From the human T2T-CHM13v2.0 reference genome, Homo sapiens: a stretch of DNA of 64,000 nt. The notes beneath the pieces were generated by a model, which saw only the letters and a list, made by a program, of their open reading frames with translations, did not search any database and had not been told where the DNA came from. Positions 1 to 12,800 of the stretch are shown piece by piece (position 1 is the first letter of the stretch; every line of letters starts with the position of its first letter). Location: assembly GCF_009914755.1 (NCBI RefSeq), contig NC_060929.1; one strand, 5' to 3'. The translations under genes were made by a program, and so were the position numbers.

Positions 1-31
1 CTGCAAGTGGATATTCAGACCTCTTTGAGGC

Positions 32-48
32 CTTCGTTGGAAACGGGT
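32..48 (+). other. CENP-B box (first of ~189, one per ~340 bp; last starts at 63904)
   Basis: CTTCGTTGGAAACGGGT keeps all essential positions of NTTCGNNNNANNCGGGN. It ends GGGA in A/B dimers and usually GGGT plus a T-run in C/D/E dimers. Confidence 0.95.
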
Positions 49-200
49 TTTTTTCATATAAGGCTAGACAGAAGAATTCCCAGTAACTTCCTTGTGTTGT
101 GTGTGTTCAACTCACAGAGTTGAACTTTCATTTACACAGAGCAGATTTGAAACACTCTTTTTGTGGAATTTGCAAATGGAGATTTCAAGCGCTTTGAGGC

Positions 201-217
201 CAAAGGCAGAAAAGGAA
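201..217 (+). other. A-box (pJ-alpha-type position) of the alternate, non-CENP-B monomer (representative copy)
   Basis: CAAAGGCAGAAAAGGAA / CAATGGTAGAAAAGGAA occupies the position equivalent to the CENP-B box, ~170 bp away. This gives the strict A/B monomer alternation of SF1. Confidence 0.7.
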
Positions 218-2452
218 ATATCTTCGTATAAAAACTAGACAGAATCATTCTCAGAAACTGCTCTGCGATGTGTGCGTTCAACTCTCAGAGTTTAACTTTT
301 CTTTTCATTCAGCAGTTTGGAAACACTCTGTTTGTAAAGTCTGCACGTGGATAATTTGACCACTTAGAGGCCTTCGTTGGAAACGGGTTTTTTTCATGTA
401 AGGCTAGACAGAAGAATTCTCAGTAACTTCCTTGTGTTGTGTGTATTCAACTCACACAGTTGAACGATCCTTTACACAGAGCAGACTTGTAACACTCTTT
501 TTGTGGAATTTGCAAGTGGAGATTTCAGCCGCTTTGAAGTCAAATGTAGAAAAGGAAATATCTTCCTATAAAAACTAGACAGAATGATTCTCAGAAACTC
601 CTTTGTGATGTGTGCGTTCAACTCACAGAGTTTAACCCTTCTTTTCATAGAGCAGTTAGGAAACACTCTGTTTGTAAAGTCTGCAAGTGGATATTCAGAC
701 CTCTTTGAAGCCTTCGTTGGAAACGGGTTTTTTTCATATAAGGCTAGACAGAAGAATTCCCAGTAACTTCCTTGTGTTGTGTGTGTTCAACTCACAGAGT
801 TGAACTTTCATTTACACAGAGCAGATTTGAAACACTCTTTTTGTGGAATTTGCAAGTGGAGATTTCAAGCGCTTTGAGGCCAAAGGCAGAAAAGGAAATA
901 TCTTCGTATAAAAACTAGACAGAATCATTCTCAGAAACTGCTCTGTGATGTGTGCGTTCAACTCTCAGAGTTTAACTTTTCTTTTCATTCAGCAGTTTGG
1001 AAACACTCTGTTTGTAAAGTCTGCACGTGGATAATTTGACCACTTAGAGGCCTTCGTTGGAAACGGGTTTTTTTCATGTAAGGCTAGACAGAAGAGTTCT
1101 CAGTAACTTCCTTGTGTTGTGTGTATTCAACTCACACAGTTGAACGATCCTTTACACAGAGCAGACTTGTAACACTCTTTTTGTGGAATTTGCAAGTGGA
1201 GATTTCAGCCGCTTTGAAGTCAAAGTAGAAAAGGAAATATCTTCCTATAAAAACAAGACAGAATGATTCTCAGAAACTCCTTTGTGATGTGTGCGTTCAA
1301 CTCACAGAGTTTAACCTTTCTTTTCATAGAGCAGTTAGGAAACACTCTGTTTGTAAAGTCTGCAAGTGGATATTCAGACCTCTTTGAGGCCTTCGTTGGA
1401 AACGGGATTTTTTCATATAAGGCTAGACAGAAGAATTCCCAGTAACTTCCTTGTGTTGTGTGTGTTCAACTCACAGAGTTGAACTTTCATTTACACAGAG
1501 CAGATTTGAAACACTCTTTTTGTGGAATTTGCAGGTGGAGATTTCAAGCGCTTTGAGGCCAAAGGCAGAAAAGGAAATATCTTCGTATAAAAACTAGACA
1601 GAATCATTCTCAGAAACTGCTCTGCGATGTGTGCGTTCAACTCTCAGAGTTTAACTTTTCTTTTCATTCAGCAGTTTGGAAACACTCTGTTTGTAAAGTC
1701 TGCACGTGGATAACTTGACCACTTAGAGGCCTTCGTTGGAAACGGGTTTTTTTCATGTAAGGCTAGACAGAAGAATTCTCAGTAACTTCCTTGTGTTGTG
1801 TGTATTCAACTCACAGAGTTGAACGATCCTTTACACAGAGCAGACTTGTAACACTCTTTTTGTGGAATTTGCAAGTGGAGATTTCAGCCGCTTTGAAGTC
1901 AAAGGTAGAAAAGGAAATATCTTCCTATAAAAACTAGACAGAATGATTCTCAGAAACTCCTTTGTGATGTGTGCGTTCAACTCACAGAGTTTTACCTTTC
2001 TTTTCATAGAGCAGTTAGGAAACACTCTGCTTGTAAAGTCTGCAAGTGGATATTCAGCCCTCTTTGAGGCCTTCGTTGGAAACGGGATTTTTTCATATAA
2101 GGCTAGACAGAAGAATTCCCAGCAACTTCCTTGTGTTGTGTGTGTTCAACTCACAGAGTTGAACTTTCATTTACACAGAGCAGATTTGAAACACTCCTTT
2201 TGTGGAATTTGCAAGTGGAGATTTCAAGCGCTTTGAGGCCAAAGGCAGAAAAGGAAATATCTTCGTATAAAAACTAGACAGAATCATTCTCAGAAACTGC
2301 TCTGCGATGTGTGCGTTCAACTCTCAGAGTTTAACTTTTCTTTTCATTCAGCAGTTTGGAAACACTCTGTTTGTAAAGTCTGCACGTGGATATTTTGACC
2401 ACTTAGAGGCCTTCGTTGGAAACGGGTTTTTTTCCTGTAAGGCTAGACAGAA

Positions 2453-4491
2453 GAATTCCCAGTAACTTCCTTGTGTTGTGTACATTCAACTCACAGAGTT
2501 GAACGTTCCCTTAGACAGAGCAGATTTGAAACACTCTTTTTGTGCAATTGGCAAGTGGAGATTTCAAGCGCTTTAAGGTCAATGGCAGAAAAGGAAATAT
2601 CTTCGTTTCAAAACTAGACAGAATCATTCCCACAAACTGCGTTGTGATGTGTTCGTTCATCTCACAGAGTTTAACCTTTCTTTTCATAGAGCAGTTAGGA
2701 AACACTCTGTTTGTAAATTCTGTAAGTGGATATTCTGACATCTTGTGGCCTTCGTTGGAAACGGGATTTCTTCATATTCTGCTAGACAGAAGAATTCTCA
2801 GAATCTTCCTTGTGTTGTGTGTATTCAACTCACACAGTTGAACGATGGTTTACACAGAGCAGATTTGAAACACTCTTTTTGTGGAATTTGCAAGTGGAGA
2901 TTTCAGCCGCTTTGAGGTCAATGGTAGAAAAGGAAATATCTTCGTATAAAAACTAGACAGAATGTTTCTCAGAAACTTCTTTGTGATGTGTGCGTTCAAC
3001 TCACAGAGTTTAACCTTTCTTTTCATAGAGCAGTTAGGAAACACTCTGTTTGTAAACTCTGCAAGTGGATATTCAGACCTCTTTGAGGCCTTCGTTGGAA
3101 ACGGGATTTCTTCATACCGTGCTAGACAGAAGAATTCTCAGTAACTTCCTTGTGTTGTGTGTATTCAACTCACAGAGTTGAACGATCCTTTACACAGAGC
3201 AGACTTGTAACACTCTTTTTGTGGAATTTGCAAGTGGAGATTTCAGCCGCTTTGAAGTCAAAGGTAGAAAAGGAAATATCTTCCTATAAAAACTACACAG
3301 AATGATTCTCAGAAACTCCTTTGTGATGTGTGCGTTCAACTCACAGAGTTTAACCTTTCTTTTCATAGAGCAGTTAGGAAACACTCTGTTTGTAAAGTCT
3401 GCAAGTGGATATTCAGACCTCTTTGAGGCCTTCGTTGGAAACGGGTTTTTTTCATATAAGGCTAGACAGAAGAATTCCCAGTAACTTCCTTGTGTTGTGT
3501 GTGTTCAACTCACAGAGTTGAACTTTCATTTACACAGAGCAGATTTGAAACACTCTTTTTGTGGAATTTGCAAGTGGAGATTTCAAGCGCTTTGAGGCCA
3601 AAGTCAGAAAAGGAAATATCTTCGTATAAAAACTAGACAGAATCATTCTCAGAAACTGCTCTGCGATGTGTGCGTTCAACTCTCAGAGTTTAACTTTTCT
3701 TTTCATTCAGCAGTTTGGAAACACTCTGTTTGTAAAGTCTGCACGTGGATAATTTGACCACTTAGAGGCCTTCGTTGGAAACGGGTTTTTTTCATGTAAG
3801 GCTGGACAGAAGAATTCTCAGTAACTTCCTTGTGTTGTGTGTATTCAACTCACAGAGTTGAACGATCCTTTACACAGAGCAGACTTGTAACACTCTTTTT
3901 GTGGAATTTGCAAGTGGAGATTTCAGCCGCTTTGAAGTCAAAGGTAGAAAAGGAAATATCTTCCTATAAAAACTAGACAGAATGATTCTCAGAAACTCCT
4001 TTGTGATGTGTGCGTTCAACTCACAGAGTTTAACCTTTCTTTTCATAGAGCAGTTAGGAAACACTCTGCTTGTAAAGTCTGCAAGTGGATATTCAGCCCT
4101 CTTTGAGGCCTTCGTTGGAAACGGGTTTTTTTCATATAAGGCTAGACAGAAGAATTCCCAGTAACTTCCTTGTGTTGTGTGTGTTCAACTCACAGAGTTG
4201 AACTTTGATTTACACAGAGCAGATTTGAAACACTCTTTTTGTGGAATTTGCAAGAGGAGATTTCAAGCGCTTTGAGGCCAAAGGCAGAAAAAGAAATATC
4301 TTCGTATAAAAACTAGACAGAATCATTCTCAGAAACTGCTCTGCGATGTGTGCGTTCAACTCTCAGAGTTTAACTTTTCTTTTCATTCAGCAGTTTGGAA
4401 ACACTCTGTTTGTAAAGTCTGCACGTGGATATTTTGACCACTTAGAGGCCTTCATTGGAAACGGGTTTTTTTCCTGTAAGGCTAGACAGAA
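2453..4491 (+). repeat. Non-canonical 12-mer A-B-E-D-E-D' (2039 bp)
   Basis: The B dimer is followed directly by an E dimer (GACTTGTAAC, GAAGTCAAAGG) at ~3.2 kb; there is no C dimer. Confidence 0.8.
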
Positions 4492-6870
4492 GAATTCCCA
4501 GTAACTTCCTTGTGTTGTGTACATTCAACTCACAGAGTTGAACGTTCCCTTAGACAGAGCAGATTTGAAACACTCTTTTTGTGCAATTGGCAAGTGGAGA
4601 TTTCAAGCGCTTTGAGGTCAATGGCAGAAAAGGAAATATCTTCGTTTCAAAACTAGACAGAATCACTCCCACAAACTGCGTTGTGATGTGTTCGTTCAAC
4701 TCACAGAGTTTAACCTTTCTTTTCATAGAGCAGTTAGGAAACAGTCTGTTTGAAAATTCTGTAAGTGGATATTCTGACATCTTGTGGCCTTCGTTGGAAA
4801 CGGGATTTCTTCATATTCTGCTAGACAGAAGAATTCTCAGAATCTTCCTTGTGTTGTGTGTATTCAACTCACAGAGTTGAACGATCCTTTTCACAGAGCA
4901 GACTTGAAACACTCTTTTTGTGGAATTTGCAAGTGGAGATTTCAGCCGCGTTGAGGTCAATGGTAGAAAAGGAAATATCTTCGTATAAAAACTAGACAGA
5001 ATGATTCTCAGAAACTCCTTTGAGATGTGTGTGTTCAACTCACAGAGTTTAACCTTTCTTTTCATAGAGCAGTTAGGAATCACTCTGTTTGTAAAGTCTG
5101 CAAGTGGATATTCAGACCTCTTTGAGGCCTTCGTTGGAAACGGGTTTTTTTCATATAAGGCTAGACAGAAGAATTCCCAGTAACTTCCTTGTGTTGTGTG
5201 TGTTCAACTCACAGAGTTGAACTTTCATTTACACAGAGCAGATTTGAAACACTCTTTTTGTGGAATTTGCAAATGGAGATTTCAAGCGCTTTGAGGCCAA
5301 AGGCAGAAAAGGAAATATCTTCGTATAAAAACTAGACAGAATCATTCTCAGAAACTGCTCTGCGATGTGTGCGTTCAACTCTCAGAGTTTAACTTTGCTT
5401 TTCATTCAGCAGTTTGGAAACACTCTGTTTGTAATGTCTGCACGTGGATAATTTGACCACTTAGAGGCATTCGTTGGAAACGGGTTTTTTTCATGTAAGG
5501 CTAGACAGAAGAATTCTCAGTAACTTCCTTGTGTTGTGTGTATTCAACTCACAGAGTTGAACGAACCTTTACACAGAGCAGACTTGTAACACTCTTTTTG
5601 TGGAATTTGCAAGTGGAGATTTCAGCCGCTTTGAAGTCAAAGGTAGAAAAGGAAATATCTTCCTATAAAAACTACACAGAATGATTCTCAGAAACTCCTT
5701 TGTGATGTGTGCGTTCAACTCACAGAGTTTAACCTTTCTTTTCATAGAGCAGTTAGGAAACACTCTGTTTGTAAAGTCTGCAAGTGGATATTCAGACCTC
5801 TTTGAGGCCTTCGTTGGAAACGGGTTTTTTTCATATAAGGCTAGACAGAAGAATTCCCAGTAACTTCCTTGTGTTGTGTGTGTTCAACTCACAGAGTTGA
5901 ACTTTCATTTACACAGAGCAGATTTGAAACACTCTTTTTGTGGAATTTGCAAGTGGAGATTTCAAGCGCTTTGAGGCCAAAGGCAGAAAAGGAAATATCT
6001 TCGTATAAAAACTAGACAGAATCATTCTCAGAAACTGCTCTGCGATGTGTGCGTTCAACTCTCAGAGTTTAACTTTTCTTTTCATTCAGCAGTTTGGAAA
6101 CACTCTGTTTGTAAAGTCTGCACGTGGATAATTTGACCACTTAGAGGCCTTCGTTGGAAACGGGTTTTTTTCATGTAACGCTAGACAGAAGAATTCTCAG
6201 TAACTTCCTTGTGTTGTGTGTATTCAACTCACAGAGTTGAACGATCCTTTACACAGAGCAGACTTGTAACACTCTTTTTGTGGAATTTGCAAGTGGAGAT
6301 TTCAGCCGCTTTGAAGTCAAAGGTAGAAAAGGAAATATCTTCCTATAAAAACTAGACAGAATGATTCTCAGAAACTCCTTTGTGATGTGTGCGTTCAACT
6401 CACAGAGTTTAACCTTTCTTTTCATAGAGCAGTTAGGAAACACTCTGCTTGTAAAGTCTGCAAGTGGATATTCAGCCCTCTTTGAGGCCTTCGTTGGAAA
6501 CGGGTTTTTTTCATATAAGGCTAGACAGAAGAATTCCCAGTAACTTCCTTGTGTTGTGTGTGTTCAACTCACAGAGTTGAACTTTGATTTACACAGAGCA
6601 GATTTGAAACACTCTTTTTGTGGAATTTGCAAGTGGAGATTTGAAGCGCTTTGAGGCCAAAGGCAGAAAAGGAAATATCTTCGTATAAAAACTAGACAGA
6701 ATCATTCTCAGAAACTGCTCTGCGATGTGTGCGTTCAACTCTCAGAGTTTAACTTTTCTTTTCATTCAGCAGTTTGGAAACACTCTGTTTGTAAAGTCTG
6801 CACGTGGATATTTTGACCACTTAGAGGCCTTCGTTGGAAACGGGTTTTTTTCCTGTAAGGCTAGACAGAA
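4492..6870 (+). repeat. 14-mer variant A-C-D-E-D-E-D' (2379 bp)
   Basis: Spacing of A-dimer markers is 4581 to 6960. The A dimer is followed by C-type sequence (GCCGCGTTGAGG), so B is essentially skipped. Confidence 0.8.
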
Positions 6871-9800
6871 GAATTCCCAGTAACTTCCTTGTGTTGTGTA
6901 CATTCAACTCACAGAGTTGAACGTTCCCTTAGACAGAGCAGATTTGAAACACTCTTTTTGTGCAATTGGCAAGTGGAGATTTCAAGCGCTTTAAGGTCAA
7001 TGGCAGAAAAGGAAATATCTTCGTTTCAAAACTAGACAGAATCATTCCCACAAACTGCGTTGTGATGTGTTCGTTCATCTCACAGAGTTTAACCTTTCTT
7101 TTCATAGAGCAGTTAGGAAACACTCTGTTTGTAAATTCTGTAAGTGGATATTCTGACATCTTGTGGCCTTCGTTGGAAACGGGATTTCTTCATATTCTGC
7201 TAGACAGAAGAATTCTCAGAATCTTCCTTGTGTTGTGTGTATTCAACTCACACAGTTGAACGATGGTTTACACAGAGCAGATTTGAAACACTCTTTTTGT
7301 GGAATTTGCAAGTGGAGATTTCAGCCGCTTTGAGGTCAATGGTAGAAAAGGAAATATCTTCGTATAAAAACTAGACAGAATGATTCTCAGAAACTTCTTT
7401 GTGATGTGTGCGTTCAACTCACAGAGTTTAACCTTTCTTTTCATAGAGCAGTTAGGAAACACTCTGTTTGTAAACTCTGCAAGTGGATATTCAGACCTCT
7501 GTGAGGCCTTCGTTGGAAACGGGATTTCTTCATACTGTGCTAGACAGAAGAATTCTCAGTAACTTCCTTGTGTTGTGTGTATTCAACTCACAGAGTTGAA
7601 CGATCCTTTACACAGAGCAGACTTGAAACACTCTTTTTGTGGAATTTGCAAGTGGAGATTTCAGCCGCGTTGAGGTCAATGGTAGAAAAGGAAATATCTT
7701 CGTATAAAAACTAGACAGAATGATTCTCAGAAACTCCTTTGTGATGTGTGTGTTCAACTCACAGAGTTTAACCTTAGTTTTCATAGAGCAGTTAGGAATC
7801 ACTCTGTTTGTAATGTCTGCAAGTGGATATTCAGACCTCTTTGAGGCCTTCGTTGGAAACGGGTTTTTTTCATATAAGGCTAGACAGAAGAATTCCCAGT
7901 AACTTCCTTGTGTTGTGTGTGTTCAACTCACAGAGTTGAACTTTCATTTACACAGAGCAGATTTGAAACACTCTTTTTGTGGAATTTGCAAATGGAGATT
8001 TCAAGCGCTTTGAGGCCAAAGGCAGAAAAGGAAATATCTTCGTATAAAAACTAGACAGAATCATTCTCAGAAACTGCTCTGCGATGTGTGCGTTCAACTC
8101 TCAGAGTTTAACTTTTCTTTTCATTCAGCAGTTTGGAAACACTCTGTTTGTAAAGTCTGCACGTGGATAATTTGACCACTTAGAGGCCTTCGTTGGAAAC
8201 GGGTTTTTTTCATGTAAGGCTAGACAGAAGAATTCTCAGTAACTTCCTTGTGTTGTGTGTATTCAACTCACACAGTTGAACGATCCTTTACACAGAGCAG
8301 ACTTGTAACACTCTTTTTGTGGAATTTGCAAGTGGAGATTTCAGCCGCTTTGAAGTCAAATGTAGAAAAGGAAATATCTTCCTATAAAAACTAGACAGAA
8401 TGATTCTCAGAAACTCCTTTGTGATGTGTGCGTTCAACTCACAGAGTTTAACCCTTCTTTTCATAGAGCAGTTAGGAAACACTCTGTTTGTAAAGTCTGC
8501 AAGTGGATATTCAGACCTCTTTGAAGCGTTCGTTGGAAACGGGTTTTTTCATATAAGGCTAGACAGAAGAATTCCCAGTAACTTCCTTGTGTTGTGTGTG
8601 TTCAACTCACAGAGTTGAACTTTCATTTACACAGAGCAGATTTGAAACACTCTTTTTGTGGAATTTGCAAGTGGAGATTTCAAGCGCTTTGAGGCCAAAG
8701 GCAGAAAAGGAAATATCTTCGTATAAAAACTAGACAGAATCATTCTCAGAAACTGCTCTGTGATGTGTGCGTTCAACTCTCAGAGTTTAACTTTTCTTTT
8801 CATTCAGCAGTTTGGAAACACTCTGTTTGTAAAGTCTGCACGTGGATAATTTGACCACTTAGAGGCCTTCGTTGGAAACGGGTTTTTTTCATGTAAGGCT
8901 AGACAGAAGAGTTCTCAGTAACTTCCTTGTGTTGTGTGTATTCAACTCACACAGTTGAACGATCCTTTACACAGAGCAGACTTGTAACACTCTTTTTGTG
9001 GAATTTGCAAGTGGAGATTTCAGCCGCTTTGAAGTCAAAGTAGAAAAGGAAATATCTTCCTATAAAAACTAGACAGAATGATTCTCAGAAACTCCTTTGT
9101 GATGTGTGCGTTCAACTCACAGAGTTTAACCTTTCTTTTCATAGAGCAGTTAGGAAACACTCTGTTTGTAAAGTCTGCAAGTGGATATTCAGACCTCTTT
9201 GAGGCCTTCGTTGGAAACGGGTTTTTTTCATATAAGGCTAGACAGAAGAATTCCCAGTAACTTCCTTGTGTTGTGTGTGTTCAACTCACAGAGTTGAACT
9301 TTCATTTACACAGAGCAGATTTGAAACACTCTTTTTGTGGAATTTGCAGGTGGAGATTTCAAGCGCTTTGAGGCCAAAGGCAGAAAAGGAAATATCTTCG
9401 TATAAAAACTAGACAGAATCATTCTCAGAAACTGCTCTGCGATGTGTGCGTTCAACTCTCAGAGCTTAACTTTTCTTTTCATTCAGCAATTTGGAAACAC
9501 TCTGTTTGTAAAGTCTGCACGTGGATAACTTGACCACTTAGAGGCCTTCGTTGGAAACGGGTTTTTTTCATGTAAGGCTAGACAGAAGAATTCTCAGTAA
9601 CTTCCTTGTGTTGTGTGTATTCAACTCACAGAGTTGAACGATCCTTTACACAGAGCAGACTTGTAACACTCTTTTTGTGGAATTTGCAAGTGGAGATTTC
9701 AGCCGCTTTGAAGTCAAAGGTAGAAAAGGAAATATCTTCCTATAAAAACTAGACAGAATGATTCTCAGAAACTCCTTTGTGATGTGTGCGTTCAACTCAC

Positions 9801-12800
9801 AGAGTTTTACCTTTCTTTTCATAGAGCAGTTAGGAAACACTCTGCTTGTAAAGTCTGCAAGTGGATATTCAGCCCTCTTTGAGGCCTTCGTTGGAAACGG
9901 GTTTTTTTCATATAAGGCTAGACAGAAGAATTCCCAGCAACTTCCTTGTGTTGTGTGTGTTCAACTCACAGAGTTGAACTTTCATTTACACAGAGCAGAT
10001 TTGAAACACTCTTTTTGTGGAATTTGCAAGTGGAGATTTCAAGCGCTTTGAGGCCAAAGGCAGAAAAGGAAATATCTTCGTATAAAAACTAGACAGAATC
10101 ATTCTCAGAAACTGCTCTGCGATGTGTGCGTTCAACTCTCAGAGTTTAACTTTTCTTTTCATTCAGCAGTTTGGAAACACTCTGTTTGTAAAGTCTGCAC
10201 GTGGATATTTTGACCACTTAGAGGCCTTCGTTGGAAACGGGTTTTTTTCCTGTAAGGCTAGACAGAAGAATTCCCAGTAACTTCCTTGTGTTGTGTACAT
10301 TCAACTCACAGAGTTGAACGTTCCCTTAGACAGAGCAGATTTGAAACACTCTTTTTGTGCAATTGGCAAGTGGAGATTTCAAGCGCTTTAAGGTCAATGG
10401 CAGAAAAGGAAATATCTTCGTTTCAAAACTAGACAGAATCATTCCCACAAACTGCGTTGTGATGTGTTCGTTCATCTCACAGAGTTTAACCTTTCTTTTC
10501 ATAGAGCAGTTAGGAAACACTCTGTTTGTAAATTCTGTAAGTGGATATTCTGACATCTTGTGGCCTTCGTTGGAAACGGGATTTCTTCATATTCTGCTAG
10601 ACAGAAGAATTCTCAGAATCTTCCTTGTGTTGTGTGTATTCAACTCACACAGTTGAACGATGGTTTACACAGAGCAGATTTGAAACACTCTTTTTGTGGA
10701 ATTTGCAAGTGGAGATTTCAGCCGCTTTGAGGTCAATGGTAGAAAAGGAAATATCTTCGTATAAAAACTAGACAGAATGATTCTCAGAAACTTCTTTGTG
10801 ATGTGTGCGTTCAACTCACAGAGTTTAACCTTTCTTTTCATAGAGCAGTTAGGAAACACTCTGTTTGTAAACTCTGCAAGTGGATATTCAGACCTCTTTG
10901 AGGCCTTCGTTGGAAACGGGATTTCTTCATACTGTGCTAGACAGAAGAATTCTCAGTAACTTCCTTGTGTTGTGTGTATTCAACTCACAGAGTTGAATGA
11001 TCCTTTACACAGAGCAGACTTGAAACACTCTTTTTGTGGAATTTGCAAGTGGAGATTTCAGCCGCGTTGAGGTCAATGGTAGAAAAGGAAATATCTTCGT
11101 ATAAAAACTAGACAGAATGATTCTCAGAAACTCCTTTGTGATGTGTGTGTTCAACTCACAGAGTTTAACCTTAGTTTTCATAGAGCAGTTAGGAATCACT
11201 CTGTTTGTAAAGTCTGCAAGTGGATATTCAGACCTCTTTGAGGCCTTCGTTGGAAACGGGTTTTTTTCATATAAGGCTAGACAGAAGAATTCCCAGTAAC
11301 TTCCTTGTGTTGTGTGTGTTCAACTCACAGAGTTGAACTTTCATTTACACAGAGCAGATTTGAAACACTCTTTTTGTGGAATTTGCAAATGGAGATTTCA
11401 AGCGCTTTGAGGCCAAAGGCAGAAAAGGAAATATCTTCGTATAAAAACTAGACAGAATCATTCTCAGAAACTGCTCTGCGATGTGTGCGTTCAACTCTCA
11501 GAGTTTAACTTTTCTTTTCATTCAGCAGTTTGGAAACACTCTGTTTGTAAAGTCTGCACGTGGATAATTTGACCACTTAGAGGCCTTCGTTGGAAACGGG
11601 TTTTTTTCATGTAAGGCTAGACAGAAGAATTCTCAGTAACTTCGTTGTGTTGTGTGTATTCAACTCACACAGTTGAACGATCCTTTACACAGAGCAGACT
11701 TGTAACACTCTTTTTGTGGAATTTCCAAGTGGAGATTTCAGCCGCTTTGAAGTCAAATGTAGAAAAGGAAATATCTTCCTATAAAAACTAGACAGAATGA
11801 TTCTCAGAAACTCCTTTGTGATGTGTGCGTTCAACTCACAGAGTTTAACCCTTCTTTTCATAGAGCAGTTAGGAAACACTCTGTTTGTAAAGTCTGCAAG
11901 TGGATATTCAGACCTCTTTGAAGCGTTCGTTGGAAACGGGTTTTTTCATATAAGGCTAGACAGAAGAATTCCCAGTAACTTCCTTGTGTTGTGTGTGTTC
12001 AACTCACAGAGTTGAACTTTCATTTACACAGAGCAGATTTGAAACACTCTTTTTGTGGAATTTGCAAGTGGAGATTTCAAGCGCTTTGAGGCCAAAGGCA
12101 GAAAAGGAAATATCTTCGTATAAAAACTAGACAGAATCATTCTCAGAAACTGCTCTGTGATGTGTGCGTTCAACTCTCAGAGTTTAACTTTTCTTTTCAT
12201 TCAGCAGTTTGGAAACACTCTGTTTGTAAAGTCTGCACGTGGATAATTTGACCACTTAGAGGCCTTCGTTGGAAACGGGTTTTTTTCATGTAAGGCTAGA
12301 CAGAAGAGTTCTCAGTAACTTCCTTGTGTTGTGTGTATTCAACTCACACAGTTGAACGATCCTTTACACAGAGCAGACTTGTAACACTCTTTTTGTGGAA
12401 TTTGCAAGTGGAGATTTCAGCCGCTTTGAAGTCAAAGTAGAAAAGGAAATATCTTCCTATAAAAACTAGACAGAATGATTCTCAGAAACTCCTTTGTGAT
12501 GTGTGCGTTCAACTCACAGAGTTTAACCTTTCTTTTCATAGAGCAGTTAGGAAACACTCTGTTTGTAAAGTCTGCAAGTGGATATTCAGACCTCTTTGAG
12601 GCCTTCGTTGGAAACGGGTTTTTTTCATATAAGGCTAGACAGAAGAATTCCCAGTAACTTCCTTGTGTTGTGTGTGTTCAACTCACAGAGTTGAACTTTC
12701 ATTTACACAGAGCAGATTTGAAACACTCTTTTTGTGGAATTTGCAGGTGGAGATTTCAAGCGCTTTGAGGCCAAAGGCAGAAAAGGAAATATCTTCGTAT

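Larger units (their letters stand above)
1..2452 (+). repeat. Partial 20-mer HOR variant (...D-E-D-E-D-E-D'), sister of 6871-13664
   Basis: Shares markers with 7816-10267 at offset 7815-7816: CAAATGTAG, AACCCTTC, GAAGAGTTCT, CAAAGTAGAA, GCAGGTGG, TTTTACCT, CCAGCAAC. Confidence 0.85.

Noticed and set aside
45-55. GGG followed by a T-run resembling an intrinsic or Pol III terminator
   Set aside because: It is the tail of the CENP-B box in C/D/E dimers, with no preceding GC-rich stem or transcription unit evident.
226-234. TATAAAAA resembling a TATA box, and CACGTG E-box in D dimers
   Set aside because: Both are ordinary parts of the monomer consensus; sequence alone gives no support for promoter function.
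5468-5485. CENP-B boxes with altered first or flanking base (GCATTCG, GCGTTCG, GACCTTCG, GGTCTTCG)
   Set aside because: The changes fall outside the essential positions, so I did not count these boxes as disrupted.
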